This document shows, piece by piece, positions 19,740 to 30,700 of a stretch of DNA of 40,338 bases (position 1 is the first letter of the stretch; each line of letters begins with the position of its first letter). The translations under genes were made by a program, and so were the position numbers. The stretch spans positions 381,670-422,007 of the forward strand of contig NW_005434606.1 of NCBI RefSeq assembly GCF_000315625.1, read 5' to 3'. The notes beneath the pieces are model-generated. The model saw only the letters and a list, made by a program, of their open reading frames with translations. It made no database searches and was not told the DNA's origin. The DNA is from Guillardia theta CCMP2712 (taxonomy: Eukaryota; Protista; Cryptophyta).

Positions 19740-20470
19740 CCCCCTCGCCCGTCACTCACCGTGCCGTCACCCGTACAGATCACTGAGTCAGGCGACCCTG
19801 AGAGGCGAGTCGGGGGGCGTGGTCCGATCGCGCCGCCCCGGGCTTGGCAAGTTGCCGCTTGCGCGCCCGGCGGGCCGGTGACCGGACTCGGAGCGGAAGT
19901 TCACCGGCGTCGGCTCAGCTCGGACCGTCTGTAGATCGGACTGAGTCGCCCGGCGCGGCGCCGCGGCCGGGGCCGTTGGCCCCCCGGGCCGCCGTCCGCC
20001 GCCCGGTTGACTCTCGCCCCGGTGGCCGCACTGCGGCAGCCTGAGGGCCGCCACCGTGTACGGTCCGAGACTCGGAGAGTCGGTGTGGCGTGACTCGCTG
20101 AGCCTGAGTCGACGGTCAGACCGTTAAGCTCCCGGAAGTTCGGCCGCCCGGCGCTGCCCCGGGCCCCCGGGGCCCCGGCGTCCGAACCGTCTGAGTCTCC
20201 GGGACTGCCTCGGACTCCTGCCTCGGAAAGCCCGGTTCCGAGACTCGAGCCGCCCGGCCCCGCAATGATCGCCCGGCCGACCGCTGAGCCGGCGGCCGGG
20301 CGGCCCCCTTCGGGCGACGCCGCCGCCCGGCCGAACCCCGGGTCCGATCTCCGTCCCGGATCGGACTGGACTCGCCGGCCGACTGACCCGGTACTACTGT
20401 ACTACCGGCCGGTCACACCGCCGTAGTCACTGAGTCATGTTCGGTACTCCCGGCCCAGTAGTAGTACGAT
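19740..20470. other. GC-rich island with GAGTC/GACTC motif cluster and many short palindromes
   Basis: 14 GAGTC/GACTC copies counted in 19785-20436; TCACTGAGTCA at 19780-19790 and 20427-20437; sharp compositional borders. Confidence 0.8.
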
Positions 20471-21172
20471 AGGGCCATCCAAGTTTGAGTGAAAACGAGG
20501 ACTAGAAACATATTTTTCAAGCGGCTGGGCCTCCCCTCCCCTAGCACAAGGTTTCTTCCTCCTGAGGGGGGCAGCCACCACTGATTGCTTCACTACCGTA
20601 GTACCCTTCAGGGCCTCAACGGTTAGCATGACCTGCTGTTGAGTTGTCATTACACCTCCTCTTCCTCTTCTCCTCTGAGCCTCAGTCAGTCTCTATCTGC
20701 ACGATCACCTTATTAAATGTTCAGCCCTGGTCCCTTGTTGCTGATTATCACTTCCCTCTTGTTGCAACTTGCCAGCTAATCTTCTGTCCTGTCCTGTCCT
20801 GTCCTGTCATGCCCTAATCTGTGACTTATTCCATTTCTTCAATCGGCTCTCCTGAGGGAATTTGTTCAGGTGTTTTGTTTCGTTTTCGCTCAGCATCGGA
20901 AAGATGCTGGAGATATCGGTGAGAGCTCTGAACACTTTTTTCCTCAACTTTGCGCAAATGCAAGCAGCACATTAGATGAACAAGGATCTGAATTAAATTT
21001 TCTGATATTTTTTTTGTGATTCCTGTACGACAACAGGAATTTGGGAAGGTGATGGATAAATCCAACGACCTGCAAAGGAAACTCCAGGAGCTGCTTCATG
21101 TAACCTCCTCTTTGCCTTTTGCTCCTCAACTTGTAACTCAATGCATGTGATACAAGTGACCATGGCTGGCAG

Positions 21173-22530
21173 GCTACGGATCAATTCTTCACAGATGACT
21201 TCAAGCCTCCGGGCAACACCTCCTACTCAGCAGCGATCATAGACGACTCCTCTACACCCCCTCCCCCTCATACCTTCGATGCACACGGTGTACAATTCTT
21301 TGAGAATTCAGAAGGCGTCTTGGTAAATACCGAAGGAATCCGCAACTGCCAGACATTGACATGATGAATTATCTAGGGGACGATAGAAGAGGAGGGCGAT
21401 GACCGACAAGAGTCAGAAACTCCAAGAAAGCTCCACCAAAACGACATGGAGCCGTTTTCAGATTACGTTACGTACAGTTCAGCTCCATCTTCAAGGTGTC
21501 TTCCCCTTCCTCGCAGAGCAGAGGATAAGAGGAGACTGACTTCTTGCAGGCCAATGGCAGAGAACGAGAGCAGGAACATGCTCGTCAGGGATCAGAAGCT
21601 AGGTTCCGGAACATGGCAGGGACATAGTGCTGTTTGAATGACAGCCATGGCAGGTTCTCAGGCAAGGATGGAAGACCCTCTTCAGGGAGAATTTCCGAGA
21701 GAAGTTCTCGATCAAGACACAACGACGAGGGCAGCCTTCTGCATGTCTCTTCTGACACAGAAACATCTACAAGACTTCCTCACGTCGCACTTGAGTGCCA
21801 TTACAGATTTCGAAAGCAAAGTTAGGAGAAGGCTGTCAAGGTGATTGACGCATAACCATTCCTTCTTCCTCAACGCTCAAGTTGGATGACGCATGCTTTC
21901 CATCAGATTCCAAGTTTCTATCAACGTTGTGCAGAACAGACTAGCTATGTACAAGGCCTCCCAAAAATTCTCGAGCACAAGGGCTGTAGCTAGCAAGAAT
22001 GCTCATGCAGAAGCAAGTCGACCGCAGCAAACGCTGCCCTACTCTGAGTACGAGAAGCTGGAGTTTGTCAACCGCGAGCTCACGCGGAAGCTTGGGTCGT
22101 CTCTCAAGTACAAGATAGAGTGCGAGGAGCTTCGACAAGCTATCGATGGGTGTTGGACCAAGATCGCAGAGCTGGAAGGAGAGAATCGGCACCTGAGGGC
22201 TGAGAACAGCAGGCTGTCGAGCGAGATGCTCCGTCCCATTCAGTGGGCTCCTGATCAGCAGCTTGTTGCTGCGAATCATGCAGAAGTTTATCAGGCAAAC
22301 CATGAGAACTCTGTAAGGCAGTCTGCGGACGAGATCTTTCAGTTGCGAGCAGAGATGGCAGAGGGACGTCGAGAGCTCTACAAAGTCACTGCAATGCTGG
22401 AGATGTTCAAGGTGTGGCGTGTTCGTACTGGTTTAGAACACATCTGATGCTCTTGTACAGGAAGAGAATATGGCGTTGCAGGAGAAGCTCGAAAACGCAG
22501 AGAGCAAGGTCAAGGTGTTAGTAGAAAGAG
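21173..22530 (+). CDS. Hypothetical multi-exon coiled-coil protein (boundaries uncertain)
   Basis: Series of AG..GT-bounded open exons (21173-21322, ~21377-21495, ~21551-21602, ~21644-21840, ~21908-22411, 22461-22530). The large exon has heptad-like E/L/K-rich sequence (ECEELRQAIDGCWTKIAELEGENRHLRAENSRL). Confidence 0.55.
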
Positions 22531-24298
22531 GTATAAATATGTGATCAACATCATCCGGTTTGTGATAGATACCATTATGCATCTTCCTCTCTCTTTTGTA
22601 TCTTATAGAAATTGGTTCACTTTTTGCGTCTCAAGTGGTTTATTCTCTGATCGTTTGTTGGTTGTATTGTCCCACCCGCATCAACAGACTCAGTGTCTCG
22701 AAATGAGATCAGTATCAGAGAGACTTTACAGAGAAAATGTTCTCTCTTCTGTGGCTTGCCTAGGTGGTTTCTCGAACACATCCCGTAATGCTTTCATGCT
22801 TGGCCTCCATCGTCTTGTGCGTTTTCGCCTTTTCAAATGTCCGAAATCGAACTAAATACTTTTCTTGACCGAGTACATTCTCAGTCCGCAAGAAATTCCA
22901 TTCTAATCTTCCTGATATCATCAATTTCACTTACCACTGCATCATCCTTTCTCTGAATGCCATTTCTTTCTCTTTACATTTGCACGAAGGTTGTTTTCCC
23001 ATTGGCATGCTCGAACGAACCTGCTTCTACTCGCGCTGCTCGTGTTTCTCCTGCTGCTCCTCCTGCTCCTGCAGCTTCTCCCCGACTCATTTCATCGCCG
23101 GGGTCTTAAGAGGCTACCCCACCCTCATTACGTGTACCCTTATGACCGGTAGTATATACTATTGGTACCTCACCCTCCCAAGACCATGTCTTTCAAGGGA
23201 AAGGATGGGTGAGGTAGTAGACTGTATCGATGGAAAACAAGGGTACGATAAATTTGAGGGGGGTATATGATTTCAAGGGTGGGTAGTGAGCGCTTGGTGG
23301 GATACTAGTAGCTGACTATACCATATTATATTATGCATCCACATAAAGAAAAGCAAATAATTCGCACTAGACAATAGCAAGGACTAGGTCAGTTTTTGGT
23401 GTGGGATGTGTGGGGTGGGGGTAAGAAGTGAGGGGGTAGGGTGTTTCATCAGGGATGGAATTGAGGGAACGCCATGCACCAGAGTGGAGAAGGAGCAGGG
23501 CAGGGCGGGATGGAGGAGAGAGCGGTAGGAGGACGACATGGGAAGGAGGATAGCAAGGATGCATGATCGTGATGTCGATAATGTAGGAGCGACGATGTAG
23601 ACACGTGGAGAATGTAGAGTTGAAGGAAACAACCAGGGCAAGCAGGGGAGTGAAGACAAGAAGTCTGTTTTATCACGCTTGGCTGAGGCTAAGGAAAAGA
23701 TTGCGCCCCAAATCAAGAAGCTGAAGGATAGTAATACAATAGATGTGCAAAGTAGCATTCTAGAGGACGGCGTCGTTGCCACGTGGCCGACCAACCTTGG
23801 CTGCGCATTTGCTGCAAGCATTCAGATTGAGGATTGCTGCATGATGTTTTGATTTGCGGAGTGTATCGATCCAGATAGCAAGATACTACAGAAACGAGAA
23901 AGGTGTCAAAGACTAGCCTCATCTCAAAGAGTTGGGTTGTAGAGCTCCATGGTATTGCACAGATCTAGTAGATCTGAGTTTCATCTGGACACTTCGCGTG
24001 ACGTGTTTGATGTTCACAATGTGGCCGGCATTGCTGTAGCTGCAGAGATCTGAATACTTGTGATCATGTGATGATATACTTGTGATCATGTGATGATCAG
24101 GATCACTCCTTCTCTGGTTCTGATATAACACTGAGTCAGCAGGTTCTGACCCCACGACTCTGATGGAGCGCCAAGAGTGCAATTAGGCATTGTCGATTTG
24201 TCGGTGGGAGGCAGACGATTTCTCTCTCCTACATCGTGAGGACATTCATCGCATTGCTCACGTTGTGTGCTGTCTTGTGAAACTACTCCCGCAAGAGC

Positions 24299-27200
24299 AT
24301 GAGCTCCGACAGCATGGAGGAGGTTGGCGGGGCCAACCACCCATGGTCAGTGCTGTGCTTGTCACGGGAGGAGTTTGTTTCCCGCATCGCGGAGGCTCGG
24401 TCTTCTCCTGATCACTCCATGTTGGAAAGGATAATTACGGCGCTGAAGCAGCAAGACGATGACATGACTCCTGCGACATGCGTTGAGCTCATTGGATGGC
24501 TGCTTGCTGGAGAGGAGCCGAGTCCATGGTTGTCCTCGCTGAAGGAGACAGGCTTCTCGTCAAAGTGTGGGCATGTGTTCGAGAGCGAGGAGTGGATCTA
24601 CAAGTGCCTGCAATGCTGCGCCGACCCCACCTGCTGCTTCTGCTCCAAATGTTTCGAGAACAGCCCCTGCCGGAAGCTTGGGCATCGCACGCAGCTCGCC
24701 CGCTCTCCAGGAGGAGGGTGTTGCGACTGCGGAGACCCCGAGGCATGGAACCCCTCGAGTTTCTGTAGTATCCATCAAGCGAAGAGCGAAGAGACGTGCA
24801 AGGAAGATCGTGTGCCCCAGCAGTTGCTGAGATTCGCTCCTCTCCTCTTCAACCATGTGCTGGAGTACTGCTGCGATGGTCTACTTTGCAACGAAGATGC
24901 TGAATACGATGGCGACGGTTTTCTTGCTGTCTTGCACAACGATGACATTCACGACATGGACACAGTGAGGAACAGCATCGTCCGTGCGATAGATTGCGAT
25001 CGACAAATCGCCCACAACATCATGATGAGTGCCCACCAACACGGGAGTGCCATCGTGAAGCAGGGAAGCAAGCAGCATTGCAACAAGATTGTCTCTTCTC
25101 TGCGCAAGGCAGGGTTGATTGTGACCTTGACACATCGGCTCTGGCAAAGATTTGAGCTCCGAGCGACTGCGATTCTCCAGTACCTCGCTGACATCTGCTC
25201 ATGCTCCAACTCCCTCCGATCGGTGCTGTGCGAGACTCTAATTCTGCGGGATACGAACGAAAACTTGCATGGGGTTTCGTGGAAGCACAAGCCGCTCCAG
25301 GTGTTCATGGAGAACGAGGAGTCGTTTTGGGCAGGAGCTAGCCCGGTCCTGCACAATCTCTACGTGCAGCTGATAGCTGACGAGAAGGTAGACTCTCTTG
25401 ACTTGTCTGGTCGGTTCTTGTGCTTACGTGGTTTGACAGTTCAAGAACTTCTTCGCAGACGCTTTCATCAAGCTCTATCCTTCTCTGATAGACTCAAAGA
25501 AGGAGAGCAGCGTTATCGGCAACATCACGCTGCTCGACGTGTCCGTCCAGGTGTTCACCGTCCCCTCAGTGGTGCAGCGGCTTGTCAGGGAGAGGAGGCT
25601 GATGTCGATTCTCCTCTCCTCCCTCTGGTCCAGCCTGGCCGACGAGATCATCGACGTCAACCACTACGACCGCGACGCCAAGGAGCTTCCCAACGGCTAT
25701 CGCCGCGTGCTGAGCGACCTCGTGTACGTCCTTCGCATCCCTCAGATCTCCCTGTCCCTGATCCAGGACGAGGGTGCGTCCGACGCCAACACCATCGAGA
25801 GCTTCTTCAGGTTCCTTGAGAGCATGCAGGAGATGGACAAGCATCCCCTGCAGAAGGTCGAGCACGTGCGGGACGACCGGAACTGGTCGGAGAGCTTCAG
25901 CCTGGCCACTGAGATCTGCCAGCTCCAGGGCCTCATCGTCCAAGGCTACCGGCAGTCCCTTGCCGGTATCTCAGTCCCTGCAGGATCCGACGGGCAGGAG
26001 CTTTCAGCCTTCCTGTCCTCTGCTCCCTTCACTGTGATGAAGAGACTCTACTCCACCCTCCTAGACTGGGCCATGCTGAGGATGAGTCAGAATGCGGTCA
26101 AGGTAGGCAGGACGAGGCCGGCCGACGGCTCTCACGGGTATCCTTACGTGGATTACGAGATCAACAAGCACAGTGTGAGCCTGCACTGCCCGCTGCATCG
26201 CATGTTCTCCTCCCTGTGGGCGGAAGTGATGCAGTGGAGCAAGGGGAGGATCGACATGGGGAGGCTGCACCAGCAGCTGGTGGCAGAGGTGTGGAAGGAG
26301 TCGACCTTGTCCGACGCGTCGAGCTACTGCGAAGGAGTGAGCAACGTGGAGCTGTTCAACCTGATGCTCCTGGAGCTGCCGCTGCGCGTTTTCATCCTCT
26401 CTGGACAGTCAATGGCTGGGGTCTGGCTAAGGAACGGGATGTTCATCAGGGGCCAGCTGCAGCTCTGGTGCAGCTCGAGGTTTGGGGATGATTTCCTGAG
26501 GCTGGATCTGTACAATCTGCAGGTGACGTGAAGAGGAGGAGGAAGAGGAGGACGAGGACGAGGACGAGGACGAGGAGGAGGGGGAGGTGGTGGTGGAGGA
26601 AGTGCAAGAGGAGGAGGANNNNNNNNNNNNNNNNNNNNNNNNNNNNNNNNNNNNNNNNNNNNNNNNNNNNNNNNNNNNNNNNNNNNNNNNNNNNNNNNNN
26701 NNNNNNNNNNNNNNNNNNACATGGACCGGGAAAGGGGGATCGAGGAGGAGGGGGAAAGGGGGATCGAGGAGGAGGTAGGAGCTGAGAAGGGATGCAGTTT
26801 ACCGCAACGATGCTCTCTCCTGCAAACTTCTTGTCCATCTTTGCGGAGAGGTTCATGTTCAAGTATTGGATGTCCCCCCTCAGCCACCGTGTCGGGCTGG
26901 ACGACGAGCAGTATGTGCACGTCCTGGCTGAGATGTTGTACACCCTCATCATGGTGAGAACCATGTCGCGTCCTGCCTCGTTGCTGATATTTTTCTTCCT
27001 CCTCCTTCTTTTCGTACTCCTCCTTCTCTCCTCCTCCTCTTCTCGCGCTCCTGCTGTTGCTCCTCCTCGTCTCCCATCACCATCTCCTCCCCCAGGTCCT
27101 CTGCGACAGAGGGTTTTCTGGCAACTTCGATGAAAGAGGAGAAGTTCGTCGGTTGCTGATCCATAGGCTGGCGGTAGAAGCAACAACTCATAGGTGAGAA

Positions 27201-27652
27201 AAGATTCCTCAACTTTATGCCTCGTCCTCCTCCTGGTCCCCCTCCTCCTCGTCCTCCTCCTGGTCCCCCTAATCCCCCCCGTCCTCCTCCTCGTCCTCCT
27301 CGTCCTCCTCGTCCTCGTCCTCGTCCTCCTCCTCCTCCTCCTCCTCCTCCCTCTTCCTCCCTCCTCCTCCTCCTCGTCTTCCTTTCCACCTCCTTGACTT
27401 CCTTCCACCCTTCTTGCTTCCTTCCGCCTTCCGCCTTGCCTTCCCACCTGGCCCTCTCGTTACTTCATCCTCCGTCTCCGACTCGCTACCTCCAGCAACA
27501 TCAAGAAGAATCTCCCGACGAGCATCTCGAGCTCTGACCATTTCGACTCTGTGCTACAAGAGGTACAACACAAGTTGCTTCGAGGCCGTGTCCTCCTTCT
27601 CCTTCTCCTTCTCCTTCTCCTTCTCCTTCTCCTTCTCCTTCTCCTGCTCCTT

Positions 27653-27719
<67 letters not shown>

Positions 27720-30700
27720 CTTGTGTCCTCCTTTTTCTCCATCTACTTGCAAAAAACCTCCTTTCTCCCTCTGTATTTAGACCTGCACCCTGTCAACCTC
27801 CCCATTTTGCACCATGAACACCATTTGTTGCTGTCTTCGCTTTTTCTCTCCTCCTGCTCCTCTTCTTCTTCGACCTTCTCCCCCCCCTTCCTTCCTCTAC
27901 TCCTCTTGCTCTACTTCATATGCTCTCTCTGCTCTTTCTCTGACTCTCTTCTGCAAGATTGCCACGTTCAGACCTGCCAACTCGACCAACCCCGGCACTT
28001 ACTGTCTGAAGTCGAACCTATGGGAGGTCCTACTCTCTCTCCCTTCTCGCTCTCCTCCCTCCTCCCTCCTCCCTCCTCCCTCCTCCCTGCTTCTCTCCTC
28101 CGGTTGCAGCACTCTTTTTGTGAATTTGCGACTTCCCCCTTCCTTGGTGTCGTCAGCACTCTCCCTGACAGCCGTGCAGGAAGTCGATCCGTTCTGTTGG
28201 TTGTATTCTCGCAAAGAGCACGAGCACGTTCTGGAGACTATGGAGTCCAAGTTTGGACTTGACAGCCAGCAGCAGAAAGAGAAGGAGAATGCTTCGCATC
28301 TTTTCACTAAATTCCCTCCTCTTCCACAGGCTCTGAAGGAGTTAGAGCATGTGAGAAACTCTGAACACCCCTTCCCCCCCCCCTCTCTTCCTTGGAATCT
28401 GCTCGTACTACTCCGCTGCTTCCCTCCCTCTCATCTTGTGCAAACTTTGCCTTCCTCCTTGTCTCCTCCTTTCCTCCTTCCCCCCCCCCCGCTCCTCCTC
28501 CCCTCTCCTTCTCTGTCTCACCTTGCTTGCAAATAGTTGTTGTTCTCCGAAGATCTCTGGTTCATGGTTTCCAAGATTGTCAACTGTGCTCTGCTGCACA
28601 TGAACGACGAGGGTGCCGAGTCTCATGCGTTTGTCAACGACTCGGTAAAGCCAAGCCCCTCCCCCCCGCCATATACCTTCTACTCAATTCTGCTCGGCCG
28701 TCCTGTCCTGTCCTGTCCTGTCCTGTCCTGTCTTCTCTCCTCTCATCCTCTCCTCTCATCCTCTCCGCTTCCTCTCCTCTCCTCTCCTCCACCCTCATCC
28801 TCTCCTCAACCCTCAACCCTCACCTCACCTCACCTCTCTTTCTTCTCTTCTCTTTCTTCTCTATCTTCTCACTTCTTTTGCTTGTCTCACTCCATCTCAC
28901 CTATCTCACCTCGTCCCTCCAGGTCCTTCACAGAACTCTCTATATCTGCAAGCTCGCGGTCAACCACGTGGTGGAGGAGGCCAAGTGAGCGCCCTCTCCG
29001 CGTGTCCTCTTTCCTTCTCATCCTCTCTCAGGAGGTCAGAAGGCAGTGGAAGAGAAGAGTGGGGAAAGCTGGAGCGATTGTTTACGAACGACTACCAGAG
29101 CAAGTATGCTGCTGCTGCTGCTTCGAGCTGCTCCTCCTCCCTCCTGCAGCTCCTGTTGCCTCCTCCCGCCATGGCATGTGTGCTTGGTTGATGTCCGCTG
29201 ACATGATCCTCCAGGAGCGTACTCGTGTGCCTCTCCCGATTGCTCACAGGCATGCAATCTCAAGCATCCGACTCGATGACTCTCCGCTTCCAACCTAAAA
29301 GGTCCCTCCATGCACCTCAGTTCCTCCTTGTTCCCTTCTTTCCCCATCCCCCATCCCACTCACTCCCTCCTTCCCTCCTTCCCTCCGTCCCTCCCTCTGT
29401 CCTCCGTCTCTCCGTCCCTCCTTCCGTCCCTCCCTCCGCCCCTCCGCCCCTCCCTCCGTCCTTCATCTGGATCTGATGGTATTGCAGGCACGAGGCTGAC
29501 ATTCGGCACATTCTCCAAAGGCTCTTCGCCAACAGTCAGACCTGCGTCGCCCATGCCAGCGACGCTCAAGCTCTTCCTCGCGAATTCCGTCAGGCAGCAG
29601 CAGCTGCCGACCAGCCGACCAGCGAATCAGCGCCTGTGGAAGAGAGCGAAACATCCGAAGTAGACGAGAAGGCGAGGAGAAAGAAGGTTGCAAACTCCCA
29701 GTCCTTTCCTTTGAATGTCCTCGTCCTCGTCATCGTCATCGTCATCGTCCTCGTCCTCCTTTTCGTCCTCTTTCTCCTCCTCGTCCTCGTCCTAACCCCC
29801 CCTCCCCCCCCCTCCCTCCCCCCATCCCATTTCAATTTCCGCGTCCTTCTCCTGTGCTATCCACGTATCATTCTTCTTACGTGTGCCTCACCTCCATGCT
29901 CGCAATGGTCTCTTGACCTCTTGCTCTCTCCCTCAGGAGGCGCTGGAGCGAGCAATGAAGGAGATGCAAGCGCGGCAGCAGGCCTTTGCTGCGATGATGT
30001 CAGTCCTCTGCTTGAGACGTGCGGGGGACTCATGGCGATGGTGGCAGGCAAGATGACGACGAGGACGATCTTGACGAGAGCTATGGAGGTGAAGTCATCT
30101 GACTCGATCCCTTGCGCCCCTTGTTTCTTCCTCCTCTTCCTCCTCCTCCTCCTCTTCCTCCTCTTCCTCCTCTTCCTCCTGTTCCTCCGCGTCCTCTCCT
30201 TCCTTCCCTTACTCTCGTCCTTCTCCTCTCCCTGCTGCTCAGAAGCTCCACAGGTGCCAACGAGTACGAAGGGCGGGCTGTGCAGGACATGTACGAGAGC
30301 GTGTTGCCGACTCAGTGTGTCCTCTGCCACGAGGAAGCATCTCCAGGAAGGCCCGTCGGTCTTATCTCGTTTGTGCAGGTAAATTCTGTTGCCTATCCTC
30401 CCTCCTCCTCCCTCCTTCCTCCTCCCTCTTCCTCCCTCCTCCTCCTCCTCCCTCTCCCTCCCTCCCTCCCTCCTCCTCCCTCCTCCTCCTCCTCCTTTTT
30501 CTTCCTCCTCCCTCTTCCTCCCTCCTCCTCGTACTCCTTTTTCTTCCTCCTCCCTCTTCCTCCGTCCTCCTCCCTCCCCCTCTCTCCTCTTGCCTCTCTT
30601 TCCTCTTCGGTCTTATCCTCCTCTCCTCCCCTTTCCGCTCTGCTTTTCCCCACTCATCTCCTCCAGGCTCCTTTTTCTACTGACTGTACTCCCTGCTTCA

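Noticed and set aside
19788-20054. R/P/G/A-rich ORFs in the GC island; also considered rRNA or tRNA
   Set aside because: ORFs are expected from extreme GC content and lack exon structure; no conserved rRNA segments or cloverleaf recognised.
20826-21184. Short minus-strand ORFs
   Set aside because: No motif or consistent splice chain; may instead be upstream exons/UTR of the + strand coiled-coil gene.
23538-24290. Possible small exons upstream of UBR (e.g. KSVLSRLAEAKEKIAPQIKKLKD)
   Set aside because: Could not build a consistent spliced frame; left uncalled.
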